Shown in pieces: positions 1-12,344 of a stretch of DNA of 64,000 nt. The notes beneath the pieces were generated by a model. That model had not been told where the DNA came from. It ran no database searches and saw only the letters and a program-made list of their open reading frames with translations. The position numbers and the translations under genes are program-made. The DNA is from Mobula hypostoma. Taxonomy: Eukaryota. The stretch lies in contig NC_086108.1 of assembly GCF_963921235.1 (NCBI RefSeq), positions 56,608,001 through 56,672,000 on the forward strand. Direction: 5' to 3'. How positions within the stretch are numbered: position 1 is the stretch's first letter; each line of letters opens with the position of its first letter.

Positions 1-521
1 AATTATGTCAAAATGTAATTGTCATGTAATGTTCTTTGGAAAATACATAAATTCTAAACAGTTTTCAGAGACTAAACATACATTGGTTCTATAATTATTG
101 CTTTTGTCATGGTCCAGATCGGGGTCCCTTTAAATTTACCTTGTTTACGTTACGATCCGGACCGTTGATTCCCTGTTTTCCTGTGTCCCTTGACTTTGGT
201 GATTAGAGGCAATTAGCACTCGGCTGAACCGGTAGTTTATAGTCTCCGGCTTTCAGCCGTTTGGCGCGGGAGTGTCTGCAAAGTCATCCAAGGTACGGTG
301 TGCCGATGCCATCTGGCCGGAGCAAGCCTAGTCTCTGCTGAAGTGAGTGCCAGTAATTCGCCTCTCCTCACCGGAACAACCCTGTCCGGTTACCTCACCA
401 AAGCGAGCCTGCAAAGTTTCCTCACCGAGGTGGGTCTGTCAGTTAACCCGCCGGAGGGAATCAAGAACCGCTGTCTACTGTTCCCAGGCTGAGTCGAGAG
501 CTCGCCACTACCTGGAGGTTC

Positions 522-895
522 CAAGTCAAGTCCTGGCTCTGGTGGCATTCAAGCTCCAAGTCAAGTCCTGGCTCCGGCAGCATTCAAGCACCAAGTCAAG
601 TCCTGTCCCTGGCGGCATTCAAGCACCAAGTCAAGTCCTGGCCCTGGCGGCATTCAAGCACCAAGTCAGGTCCTGGCCCTGGCGGCATTCAAACACCAAG
701 TCAAGTCCTGGCCCTGGCGGCATTCAAGCACCAAGTCAAGTCCTGGACCTGGCGGCATTCAAGCACCAAGTCAGGTCCTGGCCCTGGCGGCATTCAAGCA
801 CCAAGTCAGGTCCTGGCCCTGGCGGCATTCAAACACCAAGTCATGTCCTGGCCCTGGCGGCCTCCCAGTTCTGAGTCAAGTCCTGGCCCTGGCGG
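522..895. repeat. 35-bp tandem repeat, about 10.5 copies
   Basis: Unit CAAGTCAAGTCCTGGCCCTGGCGGCATTCAAGCAC recurs at 522, 557, 592, 627 ... 837. Confidence 0.97.
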
Positions 896-1024
896 TCCGT
901 GATTCCTATCCTACCCCCTTGTCTGAATCCCTTCTCCATTCCTCTAGCCCTCATCTGCAGCCCTCGCCTGCTCTTTGGTCTAGTTCTATCACCGGAGCTA
1001 GATAGGTATTGTCTGGTGTGCTTT

Positions 1025-1315
1025 CATGTTGGTCTTGTCCTGTCCTTGCCTCCGTGGGGTAAGTCAAGTCGTCTTGCCGTTACCCCGCAGGGGGTCATGT
1101 CTTGTCTCGTCTGGTCCTCGCCTCCGTGGGGTAAGTCTGGCCGTCTTGCCGTTGCCCCGCAGAGAGTCATGTCTTGTCTCGTCTTGTCCTCACCTCCGTG
1201 GGGTAAGTCTGGCCGTCTTGCCATTGCCCCATGGAGAGTCATGTCTTGTCGTGTCTTGTCCTTGCCTCCGTGGGATAAGTCAGGCCGTCTTGCCGTTGCC
1301 CCGCGGGGGGTCATG
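1025..1315. repeat. 72-bp tandem repeat, 4 copies (followed by about 59-bp x2 at 1313-1430)
   Basis: TCCGTGGG anchor at 1051, 1123, 1195, 1267 (period 72). Confidence 0.95.
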
Positions 1316-3099
1316 AGTCCCGGCCCTATGTCCTGTACCCAAGGAGGGGTCCCGGCTCTCTGTTCTGTGTGTGAGTCCCGGCCCTATGCCCTGTACCCAA
1401 GGAAGGGTCCCGACTCTGTGTTCTGTGTATGTGTCCATGGTTCCATGTACCTGCTCTCCCGAGACCGAGGCTCTGTGTTCCCATGTTCCTCCTCTCCCTA
1501 GCCCATGTCATGTCCATACCTGGTTCTGGGGTCTGAGCCCGAGGCAAGACCCAGGTATTGGGTCCTTGCCCAGTTTCTGGCTTGGAGTCCATACCGTAGC
1601 CTCTTCATGTCTCCTCTAGTTCTGGGAGCTGATTCCGAGTCCTAGCCCAGACCCCTAGTCCCAGCCTAGTCGTAGTCCTGAGTCCTTGTCCAATTCGCTA
1701 CTCCTGCTCCTGCCTTGCTCTCCTGGTATCGAACAATAAACTAAATCTAAGTAATCTCACAAGATGCGTCTTGCATTTGGGTCTACCCTTGCTCCCTATG
1801 CCCCCACCAGCGTGACAGCTTTAACTGTTTATTTTGCAATAAAACAGTATAAACATAAATTGGTATTTCTGCCTAAGTTACCCAGTGTCGGAATTTCCAA
1901 CCACAATGTAGTGAGAGTAAACAGTAGAAAAAAAAGGAATTTTAATATTTATGTTGTCCTTTCAATTTACATCACATTTGATGTGGGTGGTTTAAACCAG
2001 TCTGAACATTTCCGCAGATAAAAACAATATGGAAGCCTAGTAGAAGCAAGTTTTCTTCCGAACATCTGACCAAGAAAGTTGAACTGCATCATCAAAAGTT
2101 TTAAAAATGCTCTAAATGACATTTTATTTATTAGATTGTTAACATGGAAAAAATACAATGAGTTACTTTTGGATAACATACTACAGAACATTAAGTAAAT
2201 TAGAATACTATTATTTATGCAGTGTAAATGCTGAAGACAAATTTGGCTGAAATAAAGGAGCAATTGCAAATTTGAATTTGGGATGCAGTTCTCAACCTGC
2301 AGTAAAGTTGTTGAACATTTTTTTTGAAGTGTTATTTTTTACCTGTTACAAAAGATTTGTGATCACAAACTTATCTGAAGTAGGAATTTGTGCACCTTAT
2401 TTGTGGCCACTTAAAAGATGTTCTGCACTGTCTATGTTGTGCTAGACTGATAAGAAGCATGATGTCTGCATTTAAAGGCAGTTCCTGATGCAACATGGTT
2501 AAAATTGAGGATGCTTTAATCGCAATATCAATGCAACATATTCAGTTAATGCAAACTTATTGAAGAAATATGTAGGTTTAATATTTTTGAAGAAACGAGG
2601 TGTTTGTTGATACTTCATTTTGATAAATACATTGGCTGTTGTAGAATCCTGAGTTTGTGAATTTACTCAGTCATGTTAAATGTAGAAATACGACATTCAA
2701 CATCAGCTTTGGAGAGGAAGTATTACTGACTAGTTCTGCTCCTTGTCACTATCTAATGATACCTGCTGGAAAATTCTTCACGTGAAAACATTGAATGGAA
2801 ATATTAAGTATTCTTGGTAATTGCTACATTTTGTTACAAATTAATTTGGTAAAATGGGAACAAACAGGTCTTGGATCTCTTCTTTGCAAATAGAAAGTTA
2901 CTGTTTGCAAACTTCTGTTTCAGGCCTGCGTCTCGGATCTCTCTCTTGATGCCCATGTCAGTACATCACGTGTCACAGTTCTGGCTCAGAAACCACATGA
3001 AGAAGACAGTGGTCATAAGTGTGTGTCAGCAAGACCAAGGGTTATTGACTACAGGAGGAGGAAACCAGAGGTCCATGAGTCAGTCCTCATCGGGGGACT

Positions 3100-3905
3100 A
3101 GATGTGGAGAGGGCCGGCATCTCCAAGTACTTTGTTGTAATCATTTGAGAGGTTCTGTCCTGGGCCCAGCGTGCAAGTGCCATTACCAGGAAAGCACAGC
3201 AGCACCTCTACTTTCTTAGAAGATAGTGTAGATCTGGCATCCAAAACTTAGACCAACTTTTACAAATGTGCGGTACGGGTACAGTACATTGACTGGTTGC
3301 ATCACAACCTGGTATGTAAATACCAATGCCCTTGAATGAAAAAGCCTACAAAAGGTAGTGGATACAGCCCAGTCCATCACAGGTAAAACTCTCCCTACCA
3401 TTGAGCACAGCTACATGGGGTACTATAATAGGAAATGCAGCATCCATCATCAAGGACCCCCACCATCCAGGCTATGGTCTTGTCTCTCTGCTACCATCAG
3501 GAAGAAGGTACAGGAGCCTCAGGTGCACGCCACCAGGTTCAGGAACATTTATTACCCCTCAGCCATCAGGCTCTTGTATCAGAGGGGATAACCACTCAGC
3601 TTCAGCCACCCCATTACTGAACTGTTCCCACAACCCATGGACTCACTTTCAAAGACTCTTCCTCTCATATTCTTGATGCTTATTGCTTATTTATTATTAC
3701 TGTTATTGTCATTTCTTTTTGTGTTTGCAGAGTTTGTCGTCTTTTGCACATTGGTGGTTTGTCTTTTTTTACTGGATGTAGTCTAACATTGATTCTATTG
3801 TATTTATTTGTATTTACTGTGAATTGTCTGCAAGAAAATAAACCTCAGGGTCGTATATAGTGACTTATATGTATTCTGATAATAAATTTACTTTTAACTA
3901 TGAAG
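3100..3905 (+). mobile_element. Rex1/Babar-type LINE 3' fragment, decayed
   Basis: Broken frames give QHLYFLR, LTGCITTWY, LQKVVDTAQSITG, IIKDPHHP, LLPSGRRYRS; AT-rich 3' UTR with AATAAA. Confidence 0.8.
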
Positions 3906-4869
3906 TTCCTGCACTCATTTACATAAAATGAGTGCAGAGTCAGTGGAATTATAGGCCAAGACCACTACACCACTAGATTCAGGAACAATGCCTGCAAGAA
4001 AATGAATCCAAAGGTATTACATGATAACATACATGTACTTAGATATCAAATGTACTTTGAACTTTGAAGAACAGCTTATTATATTATGTTCTTCTTTACT
4101 TCTTGTTTCCATTAAAGAAATTCATTCATAAATACATGTAGTTATCTGCATACCCATCAGCTCTTTCTGGTAAATGGACTACCATTATCTGAATGTATGA
4201 GTTTAACCTCAGTGGTCAGCTGACAGTTGCACTATCCCTTTCTTTTTTCCTTTCCCTGTGTGCAGTGTAATTCATAGCATTGAATTATAGAAACTTTTCT
4301 ATGCAGAAGGAGGCTATTTGTTCTATTAGGTGTCTCTGAAGTCTATAATGCTGCTGGTTATCAAGATTTATAACAGGTAATGGTGTAAGCAAAACATCCT
4401 TTATTTAATGCAGTCAACTCCATCTAATGGGAGCAACTAGTATAACTGATCAAATGACAGTCATATACATGGTGCTCAGATTTGTAACACTAATACTCAA
4501 ACATACTCTAAAAATGCAGTAAACTGATAACAAGTTATTTGCTAATTCCATACATAAATCCAACTAAATATACATTTACTCATACTTGAGTCTTTACACC
4601 CACAAGCATTTAATTCATGAACCACATTTAACATTTCTGAATTGTCCAGTTCAGACACAAATAATTCTAGTGGATCATCTCTCCAAATAATTGTCATCTA
4701 TATTTGATCTCACATGCTCGTCTTCATAAACATATTGAATAACAATGACCTCATATAAATACATTTTTTCCAACATTATCTGTTAACATTAAACTTAACA
4801 TAAGCCAGCAATACTGTGCATACATACACTTGGGCATATGACAATAAACTCAACTCAACTTGACCTCCA

Positions 4870-5800
4870 GCTGTTCAGCAAACCCATTTTGAGCATCCAC
4901 ATGACTTACTGTGAAGAAGGCCGAGTTACCATTACTGTGGACATATTCTCTGCCTGCATCACAGAATTCTGCCTTGAGTGAAAACCCTTCATATTTTTGT
5001 ACAGGTGGATATTTTAAACACTAAAATGTTAAGTCCAAAGCCTTGAATAGTTCTGCTTGAAATTTGTTAGTCTGCACAACTATGTAATCTCACAAGCCCA
5101 ATTTCAAATGTCTGGAAACTTCTTATAAAACTGGATCCAGGTGAGTGCAGTTCATCTGGTCTGTGCCTGGTTAGATAAGACTGGATCCAGGCGAGTGCAG
5201 TTCATCTGGTCTGTGCCTGGTTAGATAAGACTGGATCCAGGTGAGTGCAGTTCACCTGGTCTGTGCCTGGTTAGATAAGACTGGATCCAGGTGAGTGCAG
5301 TTCCACCTGATTGATCAAGGGAGAAATGTTGAAGGAGGGGGACGATCTGATCAGTCAAACAAAAGAATGCAATTTGGACAAGGAGGGGTTGTTTACTGTA
5401 TTCATATTCACACAACACATCACTTTTGATCTTCATAAGAGAAGTTTCAGAACTTTTGTGGGTGAGAAAAATTGGATTCGAGCTTGAAGTTCTGGGAAAA
5501 TAGTTATCAATTTTTGAGTTGACAGTGCATTCAAGAACTTTGCAGCGAAAAAGGTTAGGGCTGGGGAAGTTGTATACAAGGATAACTAATTGATGGATAT
5601 GGTGAGAACAAATTTGAAGGGCAGAGAAACAAGGTCCCACGGATGAGAAATATTGATCAAAATTGCTAGCTTGAGACCACAGAGAAAGTTGAGTGGTCAG
5701 CAGTTTGGTGAGTATGTGGTTAAGAAGATAGTTTTCTTTGTTACCCCACCCATTTCCTCAGACTGGGGAGAAATAAGAAAGAAACTGGAGTAAAATTGCA
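4870..5800 (-). mobile_element. L2-like LINE RT fragment, highly decayed
   Basis: ORF 5221-5640(-) has KVLECTV, SSETSLMKIKSDVL and GTALTWIQSYL, resembling L2 RT motifs HSTETAL and GTALSWFSSYL. Confidence 0.6.
5124..5308. repeat. 50-bp tandem repeat, about 3.5 copies, inside the L2 remnant
   Basis: CTGGATCCAG at 5131, 5181, 5231, 5281 with near-identical units. Confidence 0.97.
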
Positions 5801-7589
5801 AGTACAGAGCTGAATAAGGTAGAGTCCTAATGAGTGATTTGTCCTTGTGGGCTAGAAAAGTACCGAAATGTCCAAGACCTTTTTGCCCTTGTGAGAGTGG
5901 TGAAGGTAGTGGAGAGAGGTGGTTTGGATGGTAGTTTGTAGTGAAAGCAACCAAGCCAACATTTCCTGGAGAATTTAGGATTTCATCAGGATTCAGTAGT
6001 GGTATGTGTGATCCACCAGTTGTGTTAATGATAGGTTGAATAAGCTGATCATCATTAAGGTGACCACTCAGATGTGAATATTCTTTACTGATTTTTCTTT
6101 TCCAGGTGATCATTTGTGCACTCAATGTGGCTTAGACGGAGAACCAAGTAGAGCAGAAAGCTAACTTTTAATGTCTCTGTTTTATAATACATCATCTAAA
6201 CACCATCATGGGGCCATATATGACATCAAACCTATATGCAGTCTGCTTCAGTATCAGATAAAAACAAGTTTCAGGCTACTCAAGCATAATTTTCTCACAC
6301 CAGGTAAAATATAGTTCTAAGTTTACTGAAAAAGTTTTATGTGCATGAACGGACAACTTGTCAGTACTGCAACTCTGCTTGTATATTTCTTTTTAGTGAT
6401 TGTGATCCCATGGGGTTAAATTTTTAATACATAAATGATAAATAACTTAATCCATATGTTTCAACAGTAGACAATCACCTGGATTCTGAAAGAATTTCTG
6501 AAATTCTGAAAGATATGATTTCTTCTGAGAAGTTTGATTCTTTAGTTTAAGTTCCTTTGTGTGTATTCTTCTGGGACTGTCCAAGATCCAGTTCAAACAT
6601 AATCTCTCTTGTATGCTTAATCATCAGCTGAAACGTCATCTGTATGTATCCTTTGCAAATTCCCCACTTTCTACAAATATAGAATATGCACAAAAGCTAT
6701 GAATTATCATCAAATTTAATGGTTTTCTTTGCTTTGATTTAGTTTTCGTTCCTTTTCTATTTTCACAAGAAGACAGCAGTAGCATAAAACACTCGTAATA
6801 TTCACACCACCCTCAACAAATTTATATACATAGTCCCATGTTAAGTTTTGCTTTGTGCACACTGATTCAGTGCCTGGGAAAGCAAATATATTAACTAAAT
6901 GCATATATTTTAGTTAAAATTGAGTTGGGATGTGCCACATTCTGTTCTGGCCTTTGATTAAATTGTTGCCTTTATCAAGGTGGTAACTGGGGTAAGTCCA
7001 GTGTTTTCTTTTTGCCAGACTGGTTAGGCAATATTAATCAGTGACCATTCACTCTTGATGATTAGTCAAATCTTCCTCTTTAAAATAAGCCAAGGCAGGT
7101 TGGGATTCACATTATTTCTCCAACTTCAATGGTTAAAGACAAAAAATATCTAGACAAAGAATACTGACAAACTATTCAAAGTTTTTATCATGTTTGCCTT
7201 AGTTCTTTCAATTTCATCTGGTATCAATTAGTTGCCCTAACTTGGAATATTTAGCTAAAATCTCCGCAGAATAAATATCCAAAATTTCTAATCAGTCTCT
7301 CTGAAATTTCTGTTGAAACAGATACAAGTGAATCATAATCAAAATTACATTTATTAATAACATAATTTTTCATTAAAATATTTTTTTCCAAATTAACATG
7401 TAACTACAATACACAATACTTCTGGCTCATTCTCAGCAAGACCCTATACAAATGCAATAGGACTTTTTTGCTCCTTTAATCAAACCCTTTTGTAATAAAG
7501 GCCAACATATCATTTGTCACCCTAAGTGGATTTTGGCCTTCAGTGAATAGCACACCTTAGTCCCTTTGAATGTTAATGTTGCTGATTTT

Positions 7590-7721
7590 CCCGCATTTTT
7601 ACTAGCTCTTCCTTCAGTTAGTCCTGACGAAGGCTCTCGGCCTGAAACATCAACTGTACCTCTTCCTAGAGATGTTGCCTGGCCTGCTGCGCTCACCAGC
7701 AACTTTGATGTGTGTTGCTTG
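7590..7721 (+). mobile_element. Penelope-like terminal fragment with hammerhead motif
   Basis: CTGACGA-AGGC-TCTCG-GCCT-GAAA at 7624-7647. Similar to the termini of the GIY-YIG-bearing copies at 18715 and 60153. Confidence 0.8.
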
Positions 7722-8230
7722 AGAAACTTAAGTCACTTTCACACCTGCTTAGAATCATCCTGATTACTCGTTGGCACATGTTCTTCATAGGACATTTCAA
7801 AAGCAACTTTACTAAAGATCTGTAGAAATTAAAATTTCTGAGGGAATTGCTAAATGATACAAAATGGGAAATTGGTGAAAAGGATAATTACAGACCTGTT
7901 TGAAATTGCCATGTTTCTTTTCAGTGTGTAGTTATAACAGTTTGAAATAACTGAATGGTTTACTGCCCTGTTTCTGAGAGTAATTAGCAGCTGACCACAG
8001 TGAACGAAATTTTTTTCGTAAATAATGGCAGAACAACTGGCATCTCCCCCATAAAAGGGGGAAGTTCACTGATACAGAATGCTTATTTGAAGTTGAAAGT
8101 TTTAGATTACCTGAGATATACTGCCCTTCCAATTGCTGTTTGGTGTTTAAATTCTCCAGTTGACATGATCAATTAGAATTTGCATGTACCAGATTATTAG
8201 CTCTGGATTACTACCTCAACCATTGTACTT

Positions 8231-9445
8231 TGAGAACATAGAACATAGAACGTACATGACAGGAATAGGCCCTTCGGCCCACAATGTTGTGCCAAACCAA
8301 TTAAATTAGTAATCAAGTGGCAAATGAATTTATCTCTTCTGCCTACACAATATTCATATCCCTTCATTTTCCTCACGTTCATATGTCCTTTCTCACCTGA
8401 AATGCATGCCCTCTAGTATTAAACATTTCGATCCTTGGGAAAGATATTATCTGTCAACTCTATCTGTGCCTTTCATAATCGTATAAACCTCTATCAGATC
8501 TCCCTTCAGCCTCTACTGCTCCAGAGAAAGCAACCCTAGTTTGCCCAACCTCTCGTTATTACACATACCCTCTAATCCAGGCACCATTCTGGTAAACCTC
8601 TTCTGCACTCTCCCCAAAGCCTCACCATCCTTCCTGTAACGGGGGGTGGGGGGGGGGCATTGGTGACAGGAACTGTATGCAATACTTCAGATGCAGCCTA
8701 ACTAGAGTTTTATTAAGTTGCAACGTAACTTCCTGACTTGTGAACTCAATGCCTCAGGATTGTCTAGTACGTACATTCTTTGATAATAAATGTACTTTGA
8801 ATCCTTAAAGCAAAGCATGCCGTATACCTTCTTAACCGCCCTGTCAACCTGTGTAGCAACTTACAGGGAGCAATGAACTTGGACCCCAGGATTCCTCTGC
8901 CCATCAGTACTGTTAAGGATATTGCCCTTAACAGTGTACTGTCTCTTTAAGTTTGACCTAGCAAAGTGCAGCACTTCATATTTGTCTCAGTTAAACTCCA
9001 CCTGCCATTTATCAGCCCCTATCTGCAGATAAATTATCTAGATCCTATTGTATTCTTTCCCAATCTTCTACGTTCCACAACACAACCAATCTTTGTATCA
9101 CTGGCAAACTTACTAACCCACCCATCTACATTTTCATCCAGGTCATTTATATACATCACAAGCAGCAGAGGTCCCTGTACAGATCCCTCTGGAGCACCAC
9201 TAATCACAGACCTCCAGCTAAAATAAACCCCTTCAACCACCATCCTGTGTCTTCTATGGGCAAGACAGTTCTGAATCCAATTAGCCAATTCACCATAGAT
9301 CCCATGCATCTTAATTTTCTGGATGAGCCTCCCATGAGGGACCTTGTCAAACGCCATACTAAAATCCATGTATAAAATGTCCAGATCTCTACCTTCATCA
9401 TTCACCCTCATCACTTTGTCACCTCGTCAAAAACTCAATCAAAAT
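8231..9445 (-). mobile_element. CR1 LINE 3' portion (RT to tail)
   Basis: ORF 9034-9414(-): YMDFSMAFDKVPH, SGAPEGSVQGPLL, FASDTKIG; (AGAACAT)n tail at 8231-8251. Confidence 0.9.
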
Positions 9446-10389
9446 ATTGCACCCTATGTGCGGCTTCCACACAAACCACTATAGCGAAGTCATTTCATTT
9501 ATTTGCTAGATATTCATTCCCATGCCCAAAGATTAGGTTTGACTACTGGATCGTAGTTGACTACTGGATCAGTCTGATATACAGAACCCGATCAATGGTG
9601 GATTATTGTTAAATAATACTTATTCCACTGTATATCATCTGTACAAATTCATAATCAGAATCAATACCTATTAAAAACCATAGGCTTCTTTTAAAACACT
9701 TTCAATGTAGTAAAACATTTCATGTGCTTCACTAAAGTTTTAACATTGACACCAACTGTAGACTTTCAGGAAATAACTGAAACCTCATTGGCTGTATTAT
9801 GGTACAAGGGGTCTGATGTGAACTTCAGTTCCATTACTAGTATATAGAATCATGTCAGCCATAATTTTACTGGTGAAACCTCAACCTTTGCAAAATGGTA
9901 TCATTCACTTCCATTCTGCACCGAAGTTATTTGACTTAATGCAATGTCAAATATACATCCAGTAAAATATTGCCAGCAATGCACCTTAACCCTTTCTACT
10001 CGAACTGATCTTCTCAAATCAGGAGAGTTATAGTCATGTGATAGTCACAATAAAGGTGCACTAACTGTGGAAATCCCAACTGATGGATTTTCATTTTGAT
10101 CTTGATGTTAAGATCAGACCATCTGATAGATTCATATTCTACAGGCCAAACTACACATTCATTTTTGTTTGCCAAACTTTGTTTGGAGTCTTTGTGTTGC
10201 CAGCCTACTCCAATGAACATCCTACACATTGCTGGGGTATGAGGACACTCACTGCGAGGCATTCGCTATCTGTGATGTGCCAGTTTGTGGGGTTCTGGAG
10301 ACCTTTTATATTAATATTCTTGTGACAATACTTCTGTCGCAGCAGATGTTTTGAGGCCAGGCTAATGGAAATAATAGCGCCTGTCATGG

Positions 10390-11610
10390 CACGAGTGATC
10401 TTCCAATACCTCACTTGGATGGTTGAGCAAGTGTCAGTGCTTGGCCTGTAATGTTTCCATAATGCATTGTTCTTGTCTGTCTGATGAAACAGAGTAATCA
10501 TTATGATGCTTCAGGCATCTGTCAAGAGGAGGACCCCTTAGGAGATGGCCTTCCCAATCCGTTCCTTGCTGACTATGACGAAGCCTTGCTATTGGAATGG
10601 CTGCCTCCTGACTGCTGAAGTTCCATCCGTACTATGGATAGAAATGAGTGATTTCTGTGGGGTAGCCTCTGCACATGACCTATCACAAAACTTCACAAAG
10701 CAAGATGCTCATCCAGTGGGGAACCAAGCTGAATGGAGACCAACCTCATAAATTGGACTACAGTTTGCAGAAAATGCTTGTGGCATGATCAGAAGCCAAG
10801 CTCCAGCATTGTTGACTCTTACACAGAAGCATTCAAGAGAATGGCACGTACACCCAACACCTGCAAACAAAAGTGATCTACCTACCTGCCTCTGATGCAC
10901 CACACTGTTTTCTGACAATAAAGGTTCACAGTGAGACTTGCGAGAACTTGGACCACTTTGTATATCTCAGAGCCACCTCTCAACAAAGAAACACATGGGT
11001 GATGCATGTCTTTAATGTGCCAGTACAATCTTTTTTCCAGATGACAAATTGGGTATTTAAAGCTCATGGTTTTCTGGACTGCATTGACACCAGCTTTTCT
11101 ATATACTTATGACACCTGGATTACCTGCAGAAGGCATCTCAAAGCACTGGGAAAACACCACCAATGCTGTCTTCCACAAAATCTTCCAAGCTCATTGGGA
11201 AGATAAATGAACCAGCAATAATGTCTTTTTCCAGGACAACGTGCCAGTGTTAGTTCCCCAATTACACTCAGTTGGCCATATTGTTCAGATTCCTGACACT
11301 GAACTTCCAACTGACACTCTTTCCTGAGCTCTGTCATGGCTAGAGATTTTCAGTCAGATGGAAGAAAAGATTCAAGGATGTATTCAAAGCTTGCCTGAAG
11401 AAATACAATGTCCTCTTTAACTTCTGGGCCCAAGACCATTCAAAGTGAAGAAGGAGTACTCTGAATGGTAATAAGAACCTCAAGGCTTTGGATTGGAAGT
11501 ACATGATATAAATAGTGGAAGGATCACCTCATAAACTACCTATTCACCCATCCTGTCAGCCATCTGTGGATGACTCAGTTTCCCCCATTGGCTCCATCAG
11601 CCTCTTCAAC
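10390..11610 (+). mobile_element. Old RTE-clade LINE remnant
   Basis: Decayed motifs LQHC..SY/FAENA, ENLDHFVYLRATSQ and HLKALGKHHQCC resemble RTE RT C-terminal regions; similar to 58090-58950. Confidence 0.5.
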
Positions 11611-11783
11611 AATGTCTTATAAGCAGGTGGCCACACACACTGTCCTTCATATTTCAAAATTCAGTACAGTCTGTCTACCTTATGTGTTGTAAACACAAAA
11701 TAATCTGTGGAGGCTGGGGTGAAAGCAACACTCACAACAAGCTGGAGGAACTCAGCAGGTCGGGCAGCATCCGTGAAAAAGAT

Positions 11784-11821
11784 TGGTTGACGTTTCGGGC
11801 CGGAACCCTTCGTCAGGACTG
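11784..11821 (-). ncRNA. Type I hammerhead ribozyme motif (Penelope-associated)
   Basis: Minus strand reads CAGTC-CTGACGA-A-GGG-TTCCGG-CCC-GAAA-C-GTC. Core boxes and GUC triplet intact; 3' strand of stem I decayed. Confidence 0.72.
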
Positions 11822-12022
11822 TAGGGACTTGGTTCCGCCTCCTTCGACTACCCATTCTGTTTTCCCCTATTCTTTCTTCACCTTTCCTGCCTATCACCTC
11901 CCTGCCTCCCTTCCCCCACCCCTTTATCTTTCCCCTTACTGGTTTTCCTCCTGGAACCTACCAGCCTTCTCCTTCCCACCCTCCCCCCACCTTCTTTATA
12001 GGGCCTCTGCCCCTTCCCCCAA

Positions 12023-12060
12023 CAGTCCTGACGAAGGGTTCCAGCCCGAAACATCGACCG
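12023..12060 (+). ncRNA. Type I hammerhead ribozyme motif (Penelope-associated)
   Basis: CAGTC-CTGACGA-A-GGG-TTCCAG-CCC-GAAA-C-ATC-GACCG. Stem I 4 of 5 pairs; triplet AUC, probably CpG decay of GUC. Confidence 0.7.
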
Positions 12061-12129
12061 ATCTTTTTCACGGATGCTGCCGGACCTGCTGAGTTCCTTC
12101 AGCTTGTTGTGAGTGTATCTTATGTGTTC

Positions 12130-12340
12130 TTGTACCATCATTTCAATGCATTCTCAACACAACTCGTGTTTCCTCAAACGATGAACCTCTGAAGTGTTTG
12201 AGATGTTGTTCCACAGGGCCTAGTCCATCTGCAGGACCCTAGATTATGGTCGTTCCCCACAAAGTCTCGGCAGTCGTCGTACTGAGTTTCAGGAGATCCC
12301 TCAGCACGTTGGCTCAGAGGAAGGAAGCCGAAGCGGGTCC
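12130..12340 (-). mobile_element. Possible Tx1/L1-clade LINE 3' end fragment
   Basis: Minus frame VLRDLLKLSTTTAETLWGTTII* resembles Tx1-like ORF2 C-termini (recall only). Confidence 0.35.
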
Positions 12341-12344
12341 TGAA

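Larger units (their letters stand above)
105..1817 (+). mobile_element. Solo LTR (Gypsy/BEL-type), 1.7 kb, expanded by internal tandem repeats
   Basis: Starts TGTCA (105), ends TGACA (1817). Identical 5-bp flanks GCTTT at 100-104 and 1818-1822 (TSD). AATAAA near 1735. GC-rich against AT-rich flanks. Confidence 0.9.
11689..12115. mobile_element. Penelope-like element, inverted terminal structure with two hammerhead motifs
   Basis: Inverted arms of about 95 bp at 11728-11822 and 12022-12116. Flanking direct repeat TACCTTATGTGTT (11676-11688) / TATCTTATGTGTT (12116-12128). Confidence 0.88.

Noticed and set aside
522..895. 35-bp repeats as a CRISPR array
   Set aside because: Units are head-to-tail with no unique spacers, there are no cas genes, and the context is a eukaryotic LTR.
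347..1501. ORFs 347-874 and 899-1501 as host genes
   Set aside because: They are by-products of stop-free tandem repeats inside a solo LTR, with no recognisable domain.
1900..2870. Coding exon or transposase in the AT-rich unique stretch
   Set aside because: Stops in all frames examined and no recognisable motif.
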